A stretch of 64,000 bases of DNA from an uncultured virus (IMG/VR IMGVR_UViG_3300011223_000001) (Duplodnaviria > Heunggongvirae > Uroviricota > Caudoviricetes): positions 62,001-126,000 of IMG/VR virus record IMGVR_UViG_3300011223_000001, one strand, 5' to 3'. The notes under the pieces were generated by a model, which worked only from the letters and a program-made list of their open reading frames with translations, had not been told where the DNA came from and made no database searches. The position numbers and the translations under genes are program-made. The stretch's first letter is position 1. Every line of letters starts with the position of its first letter. Below, piece after piece: positions 9,728 through 19,210 of this stretch.

Positions 9728-11115
9728 ACATGAACAAACGCGAGTTCTTTCTTAAAGGGCTAAAGTCCGGGGCCTGTAAAAAACGGGCTTGGGTAATGGG
9801 GTGTTTCAGCTACATCGTCAAAGATGGGCCACGCCACCTTTACCCTGATTACCCTTATCGCATCTTTAAGATCGATGAGGCGTTGTATTTCCTAAACCCT
9901 GAAGCCGTTGACAGTGTCCCAGCGACTGCCACCCACCCGGCGGGCTTGACCAAGATCGATGACTACATTCCAGGTGAGGCGTTGTTTGAGTGGCTTGAAC
10001 CCTTCGAACTACAACCCGGGGACTTGGTGAACTACGAAGGCAATGTTGCCCTTGCCGCCACCCCAGGCAATGTTCTGGTTAACCACCTGTGCTTCTGCCT
10101 GCCGTTTGGGGATATCATCCCTTACCAAGAGGGGCACATCAACGCTGGTAAGGTCAACGACAAGATCTTGACCCTACTGGTGGACGACCCTGATCCAGAC
10201 GACGGGTATTCACCGCATCCGGACGGTAAGATCTACGCGCGCCAGATGCTGATGTATAACGAGTACGCCCTCTCGCTGACGGCTTGGGCTGAAGACAACG
10301 TAACCCCGGTTACGCCAAAGTCCATCACCGGCCACCCTGACCGTGAGAAAGTTAAAGCAGAGCTGATGGAGCAGTACAAGGATCAGCTCGACGATCCTTC
10401 GATCATTGCCCGTATCGGTAACGTGCTCGAAGAACTGGACATGGAGTACCTGAAGGACGATCCGGCCTTCAACTTCTATATGTCCAAGCGCGCTAAGCTG
10501 TTCTCAGGTTCGCGCAAGAAACAGTTCTACATGTTTGGTGGTGAAGATCCATTCGGCGACGGTACCTCGGTGACGTTCATCAGCCGTTCGCTGGAAGAAG
10601 GCATCGACATCAACAACCTGCCAACGATGATCAACGCACAGCGTGCAGGTTCCTTCAACCGTGGTTACCAGACACGTTTGGGCGGTGAAGTAACCAAGAC
10701 CATCTACCGCATGTTGGGTACCACCAAGATCGAGGTGGGTGACTGCGGTGCTCAGATTGGCATTCCAACGTACATCAACCCCATCCTGCTCAAAGGGTTC
10801 GTCGGGTTCTACTATGTAGAGAACGGCACTACCCGGCACATCACCCCAGAAAACGTCGGGAGTCTTTCGGGTAAGTGGGTTGATCTGCGTCTACCGATGG
10901 CCTGCAAGCAAGATTCTAACCGCAAAGGGGACGAGCCAGGTCGCGGTAAGAACATCTGCTCCATTTGCGCAGGCGATGCCTTGTCAGAAATGCCCGACGG
11001 TATCCCCGCCGCATCGGCAGCCGTGGGCGGTAGGTTCCTTACGCTCTTTTTAAAGAAAATGCATGCTAGCGCGCTAAAGACCACAAAGTGGGATTTCAGG
11101 CAGCATATCCATTAA
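9724..11115 (+). CDS. virion RNAP beta' subunit fragment (phiKZ gp80-like)
   Basis: FISRSLEEG..INAQRAGSFNRGYQTRLGG, DCG, LRLPMAC..ICSICAG, VGGRFLTLFLKKMH (bridge helix, Zn and trigger-loop motifs). Confidence 0.88.
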   Translation: MNMNKREFFLKGLKSGACKKRAWVMGCFSYIVKDGPRHLYPDYPYRIFKIDEALYFLNPEAVDSVPATATHPAGLTKIDDYIPGEALFEWLEPFELQPGDLVNYEGNVALAATPGNVLVNHLCFCLPFGDIIPYQEGHINAGKVNDKILTLLVDDPDPDDGYSPHPDGKIYARQMLMYNEYALSLTAWAEDNVTPVTPKSITGHPDREKVKAELMEQYKDQLDDPSIIARIGNVLEELDMEYLKDDPAFNFYMSKRAKLFSGSRKKQFYMFGGEDPFGDGTSVTFISRSLEEGIDINNLPTMINAQRAGSFNRGYQTRLGGEVTKTIYRMLGTTKIEVGDCGAQIGIPTYINPILLKGFVGFYYVENGTTRHITPENVGSLSGKWVDLRLPMACKQDSNRKGDEPGRGKNICSICAGDALSEMPDGIPAASAAVGGRFLTLFLKKMHASALKTTKWDFRQHIH

Positions 11116-11160
11116 CACTGACCATGCTATGTGGTCTATTCTTAACACCGAGGGTACGTC

Positions 11161-12384
11161 ATGACCGAAGAAGCACAAACCCCCCAGGAGCAAATCGATG
11201 CCCCTGATCAAACCGATGTTGCTGCTGCTGAAAGCGCTGGCGCTCCTGCACCCGCCGAGCAGCCCGCTGATGTGTCTGCTGAACACCCTGTTGCAACAGC
11301 CGTCAGTGAGGCGCACGATCAACCCGCCGAAGAAGTTGATCTGGTATCCCTGGCTCGCACCCGATACGAGATCGCGTCTGAAGTAGAAGATGCTCTGGTC
11401 ATCGAGTTCCTGGAACAAGTGGTGCGTGAACCCCTGCAACTGCAAGACTGGTCCACCGCACTGTTGCTGGCCGTGCTGCAAGGCAAGTTCCGTTATCCGG
11501 AAAGCGAATTCAAGCACCTGATCGTGGTCTACGCTCAGCGTGTCGAACTGCCTGCTGCCTGGAACGACAATGCGGTCGTCAACTACCTGCGCACTGGCCA
11601 AGAGCCCAAGCGTACCACCACCGGCGTGTGGTTGGTGGACGTTACGCGTGCCAACCGTATCCCCAGCGAATGGTCCACAGCCGAACTCGAAGCCTGGGCC
11701 CGGGGTGAAGTCCAAGCCGGCGGTAAGTCGCACGACAACGGTGTTGCGATCGAACTCAAAGCCCGCCTGGGCCTTAAGTGCGAAGACACCCCCAAATCGG
11801 TACGCAAAGCATACCGCGCCCTGTCGGCGGATGGCAAGATCAAAGTTGTCGGCGCCGAGGCCTCGCAGCCTGAAGTGGTGCAACCTTCGGCTGATGAAAG
11901 TCTCCAATTGCAGCACGCCCGCGCTGTGACTGCACAAATCGAACGAGTAGAAGGATTGAGCACCTTGAACGTTGCCCTGATCGACAGCGGCCTGTCGCGT
12001 TTCATCCAGGCCACCCAACCCAACCGCGCCATCAGCGAAGTCGATGCCCTCAAGGCACAGCGTGACCTGGACACGACCCTCCAGTACATCGTCGGCCTGG
12101 AACCTCAGGCGATGGTCGCTGGCATGAACCGTCTGAAGACCGTGTTCAAAGAGCAGATGGCCAAAGGCGGTGTGTTCGACGCGAACAACGTGTTCCGCTT
12201 CACGCACCTGATGCGCACTGACAACTTCCAGCAGCAGCGTCACAAAGGCCTGTTGGAAATGTGCCGTATCTACTTCGCCGATGCGCGTGAAGCCCGTAAG
12301 CAGGTTGATCCTAAGCAGCTGCTGCAACACCAAGCCGCTGACAAGGTTCCACTGCTGGTGGAATACTTCACCCGCGTGGCATAA
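11161..12384 (+). CDS. conserved hypothetical protein
   Basis: 407-aa ORF, GAGGG RBS, strong codon bias. Confidence 0.8.
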   Translation: MTEEAQTPQEQIDAPDQTDVAAAESAGAPAPAEQPADVSAEHPVATAVSEAHDQPAEEVDLVSLARTRYEIASEVEDALVIEFLEQVVREPLQLQDWSTALLLAVLQGKFRYPESEFKHLIVVYAQRVELPAAWNDNAVVNYLRTGQEPKRTTTGVWLVDVTRANRIPSEWSTAELEAWARGEVQAGGKSHDNGVAIELKARLGLKCEDTPKSVRKAYRALSADGKIKVVGAEASQPEVVQPSADESLQLQHARAVTAQIERVEGLSTLNVALIDSGLSRFIQATQPNRAISEVDALKAQRDLDTTLQYIVGLEPQAMVAGMNRLKTVFKEQMAKGGVFDANNVFRFTHLMRTDNFQQQRHKGLLEMCRIYFADAREARKQVDPKQLLQHQAADKVPLLVEYFTRVA

Positions 12385-12419
12385 AAGTAAACCCACCCTC
12401 CGGGGTGGGTTTTATGCCG
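12378..12419. terminator. GGCATA...TATGCCG family hairpin
   Basis: AAACCCACCC TCC GGGGTGGGTTT stem. Confidence 0.7.
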
Positions 12420-12451
12420 TCAACCATATGTACCGCTAAAGGAACTTGACT

Positions 12452-13348
12452 ATGTTTGAAATATTACATATGGCTGCTGGGAATGGAAAAAAGAAGCCTT
12501 TGTCGGTGGGGAACGTGGGTTTTCGTCTGGACAGTATGGCCGTTGCACCTTATGGCGATAACATACACCTGGTGGGTGGAAGTCGCGATTCGGTGCTGCA
12601 CGGGGGTATGTACCTGTACCACCCAGATCTAGGCACCGTAACGGATACTGGTAAGACCATGCCGGAGGCAAAAAAAAACGCCGCCTCATGTGTTGTGGGA
12701 GACTTCCTCTATGTTTTTGGCGGTATTGGAAGTAATGGGTGGTCGAAAACCACGCATTCCTATAACCTTAAGACAGGGGCGTGGCGAAGGTTAACCGATG
12801 CACCGCGTGACGTTGGTGTTGGTTCTTTGGTGGAATACGGTACATTCCTATATGCTCTTAATGTAACCGGTAATGTGGCTGATCGGATTGTTCGTTACAA
12901 CATCAGTACCGGCAGTTGGTCGTATGCTGCAAACATNNNNNNNNNNNNNACCGTACGTAGTCAAGCTGTTTTATGGGGTAATAAAATTTACGTAGTGGGT
13001 GGGTATGACTACACCACTTCAAACCGACCGGGGGAATTGTGGTGTTTCGATGCAGTCAATAATACCTGGTCTAAGTTGAGCTCCATGCCTAAGGGGGTTT
13101 CAGAACATACCCTCACGGCTTACGCTGGTAAGCTTTACGTCCAGGGCGGGTATGACGGCACCAACAGGGTAGATCTCTTGCAGGTCTATGACATTGCAAC
13201 TGACACATGGGGGTATGGTGAGGCATTTGGGGGCATGGTGACGGGTGCTGGTTCAGCGTTGATAGACGCGCAGTGGTTTGTGATTGCAGGTGTCGGACAG
13301 GATACCCAGGGTAATCAGAATCGAGTATACTGCAGACAACTGCCTTAA
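12452..13348 (+). CDS. Kelch-repeat beta-propeller protein (probably virion/tail-associated)
   Basis: Repeated Y(V/L)xGG...YD...W blades (LYVFGG, IYVVGG, LYVQGG); contains the N gap. Confidence 0.85.
   Translation: MFEILHMAAGNGKKKPLSVGNVGFRLDSMAVAPYGDNIHLVGGSRDSVLHGGMYLYHPDLGTVTDTGKTMPEAKKNAASCVVGDFLYVFGGIGSNGWSKTTHSYNLKTGAWRRLTDAPRDVGVGSLVEYGTFLYALNVTGNVADRIVRYNISTGSWSYAANXXXXXTVRSQAVLWGNKIYVVGGYDYTTSNRPGELWCFDAVNNTWSKLSSMPKGVSEHTLTAYAGKLYVQGGYDGTNRVDLLQVYDIATDTWGYGEAFGGMVTGAGSALIDAQWFVIAGVGQDTQGNQNRVYCRQLP
12937..12949. other. assembly gap (13 N)
   Basis: Run of N. Confidence 0.99.
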
Positions 13349-13349
13349 G

Positions 13350-13386
13350 CGGCATAAAGTCCGCCGTGACGGCGGACTTTATGCCG
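13350..13386. terminator. perfect 16-bp inverted repeat, bidirectional terminator
   Basis: CGGCATAAAGTCCGCC GTGAC GGCGGACTTTATGCCG between convergent genes. Confidence 0.85.
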
Positions 13387-13388
13387 TG

Positions 13389-13997
13389 TTACATGTCCCT
13401 GACATTGGTGGAGGGGTATCTGCGATTAGCACCCCAGATGATCCTCACTGCACCACCACGCCCATTCGAACCACTATACGAACCCCCGCCATCGACTTGA
13501 GCCCACCCACCAGATCCAAAGGACCCATCGGTTTCTCCGTAGATACCCGCGCCCACCATATTAGTGCGGTAGTTAGTCCCAGGGTACGCACCGTCATAAC
13601 GCCCAGCTTTACCGCTACTGGCCAGCTGGTAATTTTTGTTTTCACCAGAACCGCCAACACCACCGCCAGTAAAGGGACCGCTGAAGTCACGGCCAGAGCG
13701 AACCGTGGTTCCCAAGGCACTTGATGTCGGGGACCCATTGCCGTTACCTACAACGATGGTGTACTTGGTCCCGGGCACCACAGGCACATTGTTACGGTAG
13801 CGCAGCCCACCACCATCACCAGCGTTGGCGGTGGAGCCACTACGTTGACCTGGTTCACCACCTGCAATGATGACAAAACAGACGTTATAGACATCTTCTG
13901 GACACTCCCATGTGAATGTACCAGGCGTGGTATATGCTGCTTGCCCAGTAGGAATAGGGATGGCTGGAGTACCGATACTGTTTAATATCTCTAACAT
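13389..13997 (-). CDS. glycine-rich virion/tail-fibre-like protein
   Basis: YTTPGTFTWECP..VCFVIIAGG..GGG..VPVVPGTKYTIVVG..GAVRIIWG glycine-rich phage domain; start ATG 13997 with AAGGA RBS. Confidence 0.8.
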   Translation of the reverse strand: MLEILNSIGTPAIPIPTGQAAYTTPGTFTWECPEDVYNVCFVIIAGGEPGQRSGSTANAGDGGGLRYRNNVPVVPGTKYTIVVGNGNGSPTSSALGTTVRSGRDFSGPFTGGGVGGSGENKNYQLASSGKAGRYDGAYPGTNYRTNMVGAGIYGETDGSFGSGGWAQVDGGGSYSGSNGRGGAVRIIWGANRRYPSTNVRDM

Positions 13998-14032
13998 TGC
14001 GATCGTCCTTAATGAATACATACCCATAAACA

Positions 14033-14070
14033 CAGCATAAACCCCTCCCTGCGTGGGAGGGGTTATGTTG
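14033..14070. terminator. CATA...TATG family hairpin
   Basis: CATAAACCCCTCCC TGCGT GGGAGGGGTTATG. Confidence 0.7.
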
Positions 14071-14071
14071 T

Positions 14072-14713
14072 TCACTGTGGACGACGGCGATGTTCTACCG
14101 ACTCGTCTGGCAGACCTGGTGCTGACGCCGCATCGTTACGTATGTCACTACCCACAGAGACCTGTGCTTTGGTCACAGCCAGTGGGTCGGGAATCGCCTT
14201 ACGCACTTCAGCCATCACATTGGCTATCGTTACAGTAGCCCCCATCGCGGTAAGGACTTTATGCAGCTCCTCTGGAACTCCCATATAGACAATGGGATCA
14301 ACAGAAGGTTTACCCGTCAAAAGAACATAGCTCTGTGCCTTACGTTTGACCTGGTTAAACTCCTCTTCGGTCAAATAGAGGTTGTTCGACTGATACGCGA
14401 ACATGGCGTAGTAGCACAGACGTAGGACCTTGTTGTGGGTGATATGGATGTAGTCATCGTCCTGACACATGTCAGAGACAGACACGGGATTGATGTGGTG
14501 AGTACCCAATGCCCGAGACACGTCACTGTGCGTTTCGAGCATATAGATGATAGCGACGCACTCCAGGAACTCATTACGAAGTTCCATGATGGCCGGCCTT
14601 CCTTTGTAGGTGCTACCCACGCCTTGTTGCTGACACTTCAGGGCTTCTTTGGCCACCTCGGTAGCTTCTTCAGCGAGTTTACCCAGTAGGTACTGCGACC
14701 AGTTCATGCTCAT
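14072..14713 (-). CDS. MazG-like NTP pyrophosphohydrolase-fold protein
   Basis: LLGKLAEEATEVAKEALK...LRNEFLECVAIIYML resembles the EExxE...ExxD MazG motif (last Asp replaced by Glu). Confidence 0.6.
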   Translation of the reverse strand: MSMNWSQYLLGKLAEEATEVAKEALKCQQQGVGSTYKGRPAIMELRNEFLECVAIIYMLETHSDVSRALGTHHINPVSVSDMCQDDDYIHITHNKVLRLCYYAMFAYQSNNLYLTEEEFNQVKRKAQSYVLLTGKPSVDPIVYMGVPEELHKVLTAMGATVTIANVMAEVRKAIPDPLAVTKAQVSVGSDIRNDAASAPGLPDESVEHRRRPQ

Positions 14714-15087
14714 TGTTCTTGCTCCGGTTCATGGGGTACAGCAACAGTCTTGGAGAGGGACTCAACGGCAACATTACCATCGTTGAGTTCGGCCATCTTA
14801 CCGAGGATTTGCGTTAGCTCTTTGGGAATAATCCCACCCATCGAATTACGGCAGGCGTGTTGGCGTGCCTCATGCAGCCTGCCGTGGTGTTCGTTGGTGA
14901 CAAACGTCAACGTGACTTTACCATCACCGTGAGTGCGGTTGGTACCGTACAGCTGGTGCCCCGTACCCTCCATCGCTTTTACCAGTAGATCACACATGAC
15001 CCGTTCGTCCAACAGGGTGATGTTGATAAAGCCCTCTTCGGCTTTGAACATCGCGTAAGAGTCCAGCATTAGGTGTTCAGGTTGCAT
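14710..15087 (-). CDS. hypothetical protein
   Basis: ATG 15087 with GGAG RBS, overlaps both neighbours. Confidence 0.7.
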   Translation of the reverse strand: MQPEHLMLDSYAMFKAEEGFINITLLDERVMCDLLVKAMEGTGHQLYGTNRTHGDGKVTLTFVTNEHHGRLHEARQHACRNSMGGIIPKELTQILGKMAELNDGNVAVESLSKTVAVPHEPEQEQ

Positions 15088-15442
15088 TGAGTAACTCCGC
15101 GAGTGCACGTGCTTGAGAAATAGGTGTTGTTGCGAAACGGTCTGAGAGGACGTTACCAGCGTCTCTAGCGAGGACCCGTAGCTCTTCAAAGAGTGCTGGG
15201 TTTTCGTTCACCCAGGTACGCCACAGCCCCTTATAGACAGCATAAAGATCCACCGAGGGATCAAGGGGTGGTTTACCTTTACCAATACGCCAATCATTCC
15301 CGTAAACACGGTACCCTTTACCCTCGTCTAGCTGATACGCTTCCTCGATGGTACGCCCGTCACGAAGACGGGCCACCAGTGCCGAGAAACGACGATCGCC
15401 TTTGGTGGAACACTCATATCCACCGAAGCGCGCAAAGGTTAC
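15077..15442 (-). CDS. conserved phage domain, NADAR-like; N-terminus lacks a start codon
   Basis: VTFARFGGYECSTKGDRRFSALVARLRDGRTIEEAYQ..KGY..WRIGKGKPP..LSDRFATTPISQARALAELLN; first conventional start (GTG 15376) lies inside the motif. Confidence 0.75.
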   Translation of the reverse strand, partial: VTFARFGGYECSTKGDRRFSALVARLRDGRTIEEAYQLDEGKGYRVYGNDWRIGKGKPPLDPSVDLYAVYKGLWRTWVNENPALFEELRVLARDAGNVLSDRFATTPISQARALAELLNAT

Positions 15443-17340
15443 GCTGCCCGTTGTTGATCGGGTTGATTGGCTGCTTGCTTTTTTGCTTTGTACACCAGGT
15501 ACGCATCGAGCAAGTCATCCATCTGTGGGGCACCCAATACTTTCTGCGCCATCTCCACTGCGTTGACACGACCACCGGTCAGGTTAACACCAAACTCGCG
15601 CCGTATCGATTCGACAATCCCTTGTATCTGACAGAACTCCATCACGCAGGTTTCCCGTGCGATGTTAAGAATCTGCGACACGTTGGGGTAGGTTGATACG
15701 ATATCAAGGTCAGCTACGTGCGTAAAGATAAGCGTCAAGTAGTCCTGCATCTCCTCGACACAGGCCAGTCCTATGGCCGCCGCCATGTAAGACGCCAACG
15801 TGATAATCCAATCGTCGTGACCAATGACGAAGCGATCCAGGAAGTGAGACATTTGGTCTGACGCTGTACCGATCACCGACCGGTTTGGACGGTTCAGGTA
15901 CCAGAAATGCATGTCGTCAGTCAGACGCTTGGGGTTAGAGTTGAAGTTCTTAAAGTCCGAGTTCTTCGAGTACATCGTAATCGACGAAGCCAGGTCTTTA
16001 GTTTTCTCATCGAGCTGCTCCAATCGGATGCTGTCGACGATGTTGTAAACGCCGTAGATCACTTTGTGGTGCTTTTGCATCACTTCGTGCCAACGCAGAC
16101 CCGTGTGCTGGTCAGTCTCACGGATCTTGAGCTTACCAAAGTCCATCTTGACTTCGCAGGTGTCGCCCACTTTCACCATGTCGTGATGGATGTTCTCAAC
16201 TTCCTCATCGTTGATGAAGTAATAAACGAAACCACCCTTACCCAAGGTGAGGTCATTGGCCTTGTCGATGAACGCCTGGATATCCCCAGGAGCTTTGATC
16301 TTCGACTCGTAACTGGCATTCAGCTCTTTCTTGAGGATCGCATCAAGGGCATAAGACGGGTCCTTACCGTTGGCCAGTCGGGTAATGCGGTATACCGTCA
16401 TGGCATCGATGCACTGGAAGGTCGCCGGATGGGTTACCCAGTTCCAACGGTCTTCCACGTTGATCGACATGACTTTGCCAGACGCGGTGGTTTTCTGCGT
16501 GTTGCCTTTGCGGTAGTCGAAGAATTTGTACTTGGCCGGGATGGTCGGATCACTGAACACAAGCGCCGGGTCGTAGTTTTCCTTTTGCAAGGCCCGGATG
16601 ATTTTGCTCATGTCAAAGTCCATGTTCCAGAAAGCAAACCAATCTGGCTTCCATTCATGGAGCTTTTCAATGCACTTGATCACCACCTGCGCCGGGGTGT
16701 CTGCGATCAGGACTTCGATGTTGAGTTTACGGCTTTCGATCAAAGACGGAATAAGACGCGCTGCTTCACGGTGGGTTTCATTGATGACATCCTCAACATC
16801 ATCTACCCAACGTTTTAAATAAACAAGACGCACGTTTTCTTTGTGGCTGACCGACATGCAGATAATGTCGTCGGTACCATCATTAACGTCGGTCTCAATA
16901 TCGCCACCTGCAACCGTGTTAAAGCTGATGGTGTCTGGGTATTTAGACCGGTACTCAGCCTTCATACAGCAGGCCGAGTTGACATCGGAGCCGTACACGT
17001 AAGGGGACTGCTGGATTACGCGCTGTTGTGGTCTGAACCCGGGGTTGACGTCCAGTACCTTGGCGATGTTGCGAACCAGGTTAAGCTGGGTCGAGGAGTA
17101 CTCTTGCAGGTTGGACGCAAGCTCGTAGTCTTTCTTTTCCTGGTGATTACGCCGTCCCTTGTGGGTTATCCAGAAAGGACGCTTATAGTTTTCCTCTAGA
17201 CGAAGACGGGGTATGCGACGACCGTCTTCCAAGTGTACGACTTCCTTGATCACCAGGCAGTCATTGGTGCCTTTTTCTTGATCAACGACGTAGGTAATAT
17301 GCTTGGCTTCAAAGCCTGTGGGTCTAACGATGTTACTCAC
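15439..17340 (-). CDS. split family-B DNA polymerase, exonuclease + motif A subunit (phiKZ gp82-like)
   Basis: ExoI DIET, ExoII WNMDFD, ExoIII YNIVD, PolB motif A DLDIVSTYP; GTG start 17340 with AAGGGG RBS. Confidence 0.88.
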   Translation of the reverse strand: MSNIVRPTGFEAKHITYVVDQEKGTNDCLVIKEVVHLEDGRRIPRLRLEENYKRPFWITHKGRRNHQEKKDYELASNLQEYSSTQLNLVRNIAKVLDVNPGFRPQQRVIQQSPYVYGSDVNSACCMKAEYRSKYPDTISFNTVAGGDIETDVNDGTDDIICMSVSHKENVRLVYLKRWVDDVEDVINETHREAARLIPSLIESRKLNIEVLIADTPAQVVIKCIEKLHEWKPDWFAFWNMDFDMSKIIRALQKENYDPALVFSDPTIPAKYKFFDYRKGNTQKTTASGKVMSINVEDRWNWVTHPATFQCIDAMTVYRITRLANGKDPSYALDAILKKELNASYESKIKAPGDIQAFIDKANDLTLGKGGFVYYFINDEEVENIHHDMVKVGDTCEVKMDFGKLKIRETDQHTGLRWHEVMQKHHKVIYGVYNIVDSIRLEQLDEKTKDLASSITMYSKNSDFKNFNSNPKRLTDDMHFWYLNRPNRSVIGTASDQMSHFLDRFVIGHDDWIITLASYMAAAIGLACVEEMQDYLTLIFTHVADLDIVSTYPNVSQILNIARETCVMEFCQIQGIVESIRREFGVNLTGGRVNAVEMAQKVLGAPQMDDLLDAYLVYKAKKQAANQPDQQRAA

Positions 17341-17428
17341 GGGTTTCCCCTTCAGGTTTGTATTCGTAGGATATTGGCGGAAAGTATTCTTATGAATATG
17401 ATTACAACATCCTGCATGGGTCAGCATC

Positions 17429-18760
17429 ATGCCTAAAGAAACTGTATCGCTTGAGCTGTTGGTCGCCAAAGCCAAGCGACAACTCGGTATCCGTCTCGAA
17501 GCGATCGTAGAAAAGTGGGTCGAACGTCGTGAGTTCGCCTCATTCTACACCAGCGAGCAGCTGGACGAGATGGCGAAAGTCGTCAAGCAAGAAATGGGCG
17601 TGAGCGTTGAGTTTGTCATCGTCAACAGTCCTTCCATCAACGCCAGTGTGGGGGTCGTGCGCATTCCCGGTCACTCGGGTACGGGTTATTTTGGCCCTGG
17701 CACTAAGCCTGTCACCGTCGTCAGTGCTAGCCTCCCCAAACAGCTACGCACGTTGAAGATCGACCTGGACAAAGGGAAGATCACCGGTGAGTTCTTGGAC
17801 GACATGAAGAACCGTGTCACCATCTACGCAGGTTTGGTTCAAGATCCGATCGCCCTTACTGCCGAAGAGATTGTCGCGGTGATCGTGCATGAGCTCGGTC
17901 ACGTTTGGAACCAGTACATGGCCCTGGGTGATTACGTTTGGCTCAACTACTATCTGCAAGATGGCCTTGAAGTCGTGTTGGGCAAGAAGCCCAACATTTA
18001 CAAGCTCGAGGTGTTGACCGAAGCAGGTTTGGAAAAATACTGCGGCGACAAAGACGCCTTGGTCGCGATGAAACAACAACCAACCGCCAAGAACATCCGC
18101 CGGGTTATTTTGCTGGCTTCGCAAAGAGCCCCTCGACACCACTTGACGTCAAACAAAGACGACGTGAATGCTCTCTCACATAAACGTGAAGAGCAGCTGG
18201 CCGACATGTTTGCCTCACGCATGGGTTACGCTCGTGCATCGGTTTCACTACAGGTGAAGCTGGACAAGCGATACGGCTCTCGCTACATGTTGTCCTCCTC
18301 TGCCTTTGTTTTTGCTGAAACCTGTAAAGTGCTGCTTAACGTAGGTGCTTTGGCTTCGGTAGCCGCAGCGTTCGTAACCCCGCCTGTGATCTTGGTGGCG
18401 TTTGCTATGTGGGCAACCACCGCCTGCATCGATAACGGTGGCAACGACCCATTGGGTTACGACAACGACCTGGAACGCACCACCAAGTTCCGGCGTGATC
18501 TTGTTGCCCAGCTTAAGGTGTTGGGTAAAGACCCTACCACCAATGAACAGATCCTCTCAGACATCAAAATGATCGACGAGCTGTTGGCCCTGTACCGTAA
18601 ACACACCACTCTTTGGGAAGCACTCAGTTTGCTGATGCGCCCAGAGACTCGCCGTAACCGTCACCAGCGTGCTCGTGAAGAGGACCTGGAGATTCTGCTC
18701 AACAACGACCTGTTCGTTGCTGCCTCTAAATTTGACTCACTTGCAAGGAAACTTACATGA
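17429..18760 (+). CDS. virion protein with zincin HExxH motif and hydrophobic hairpin
   Basis: VIVHELGH ... REEQLADMFA; hydrophobic segment VLLNVGALASVAAAFVTPPVILVAFAMW; N-terminal VSLE. Confidence 0.8.
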   Translation: MPKETVSLELLVAKAKRQLGIRLEAIVEKWVERREFASFYTSEQLDEMAKVVKQEMGVSVEFVIVNSPSINASVGVVRIPGHSGTGYFGPGTKPVTVVSASLPKQLRTLKIDLDKGKITGEFLDDMKNRVTIYAGLVQDPIALTAEEIVAVIVHELGHVWNQYMALGDYVWLNYYLQDGLEVVLGKKPNIYKLEVLTEAGLEKYCGDKDALVAMKQQPTAKNIRRVILLASQRAPRHHLTSNKDDVNALSHKREEQLADMFASRMGYARASVSLQVKLDKRYGSRYMLSSSAFVFAETCKVLLNVGALASVAAAFVTPPVILVAFAMWATTACIDNGGNDPLGYDNDLERTTKFRRDLVAQLKVLGKDPTTNEQILSDIKMIDELLALYRKHTTLWEALSLLMRPETRRNRHQRAREEDLEILLNNDLFVAASKFDSLARKLT

Positions 18761-19200
18761 CCACTGCACACCAGTTCGCCCAACAGCTTAAAGCCATCGA
18801 GCCAGGCAATACCAACGTACGGTTGGCGCGTAGCCTCACGCTGGCACACGGCTTTGCCATGACCATCCCGCTGGGGAACTACGCCGACGCTGACCAAGCA
18901 GCCGAGGCTTCTCGTGATCTGCTCAAGAAGCTGATCAACGAAGTCAACGAGTTCGTCGCCCTCGACACCAAGCTGTGCCAAGCCCTGTTGCTGCCAGTGC
19001 TCAAGGTACGCTTCGAGCTGATGAACGGCACGACCGACCCCACCCTGATCAAGATGGTGCTCAATTCTGACGCCGCCGCCGAGATCAAGGCCCCCGATGA
19101 CATGGCCATGACCGAGTACCTGACCTCGCGCCCGGGTTACGCCAAAGAACAACTGATCATCAGTGAAGCCATCCGCGACCTGATCGCCGAAAACAGCTGA
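18757..19200 (+). CDS. probable virion structural protein
   Basis: ATGA overlap, AAGGA RBS, structural cluster. Confidence 0.7.
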   Translation: MTTAHQFAQQLKAIEPGNTNVRLARSLTLAHGFAMTIPLGNYADADQAAEASRDLLKKLINEVNEFVALDTKLCQALLLPVLKVRFELMNGTTDPTLIKMVLNSDAAAEIKAPDDMAMTEYLTSRPGYAKEQLIISEAIRDLIAENS

Positions 19201-19210
19201 GTACGTAGCG

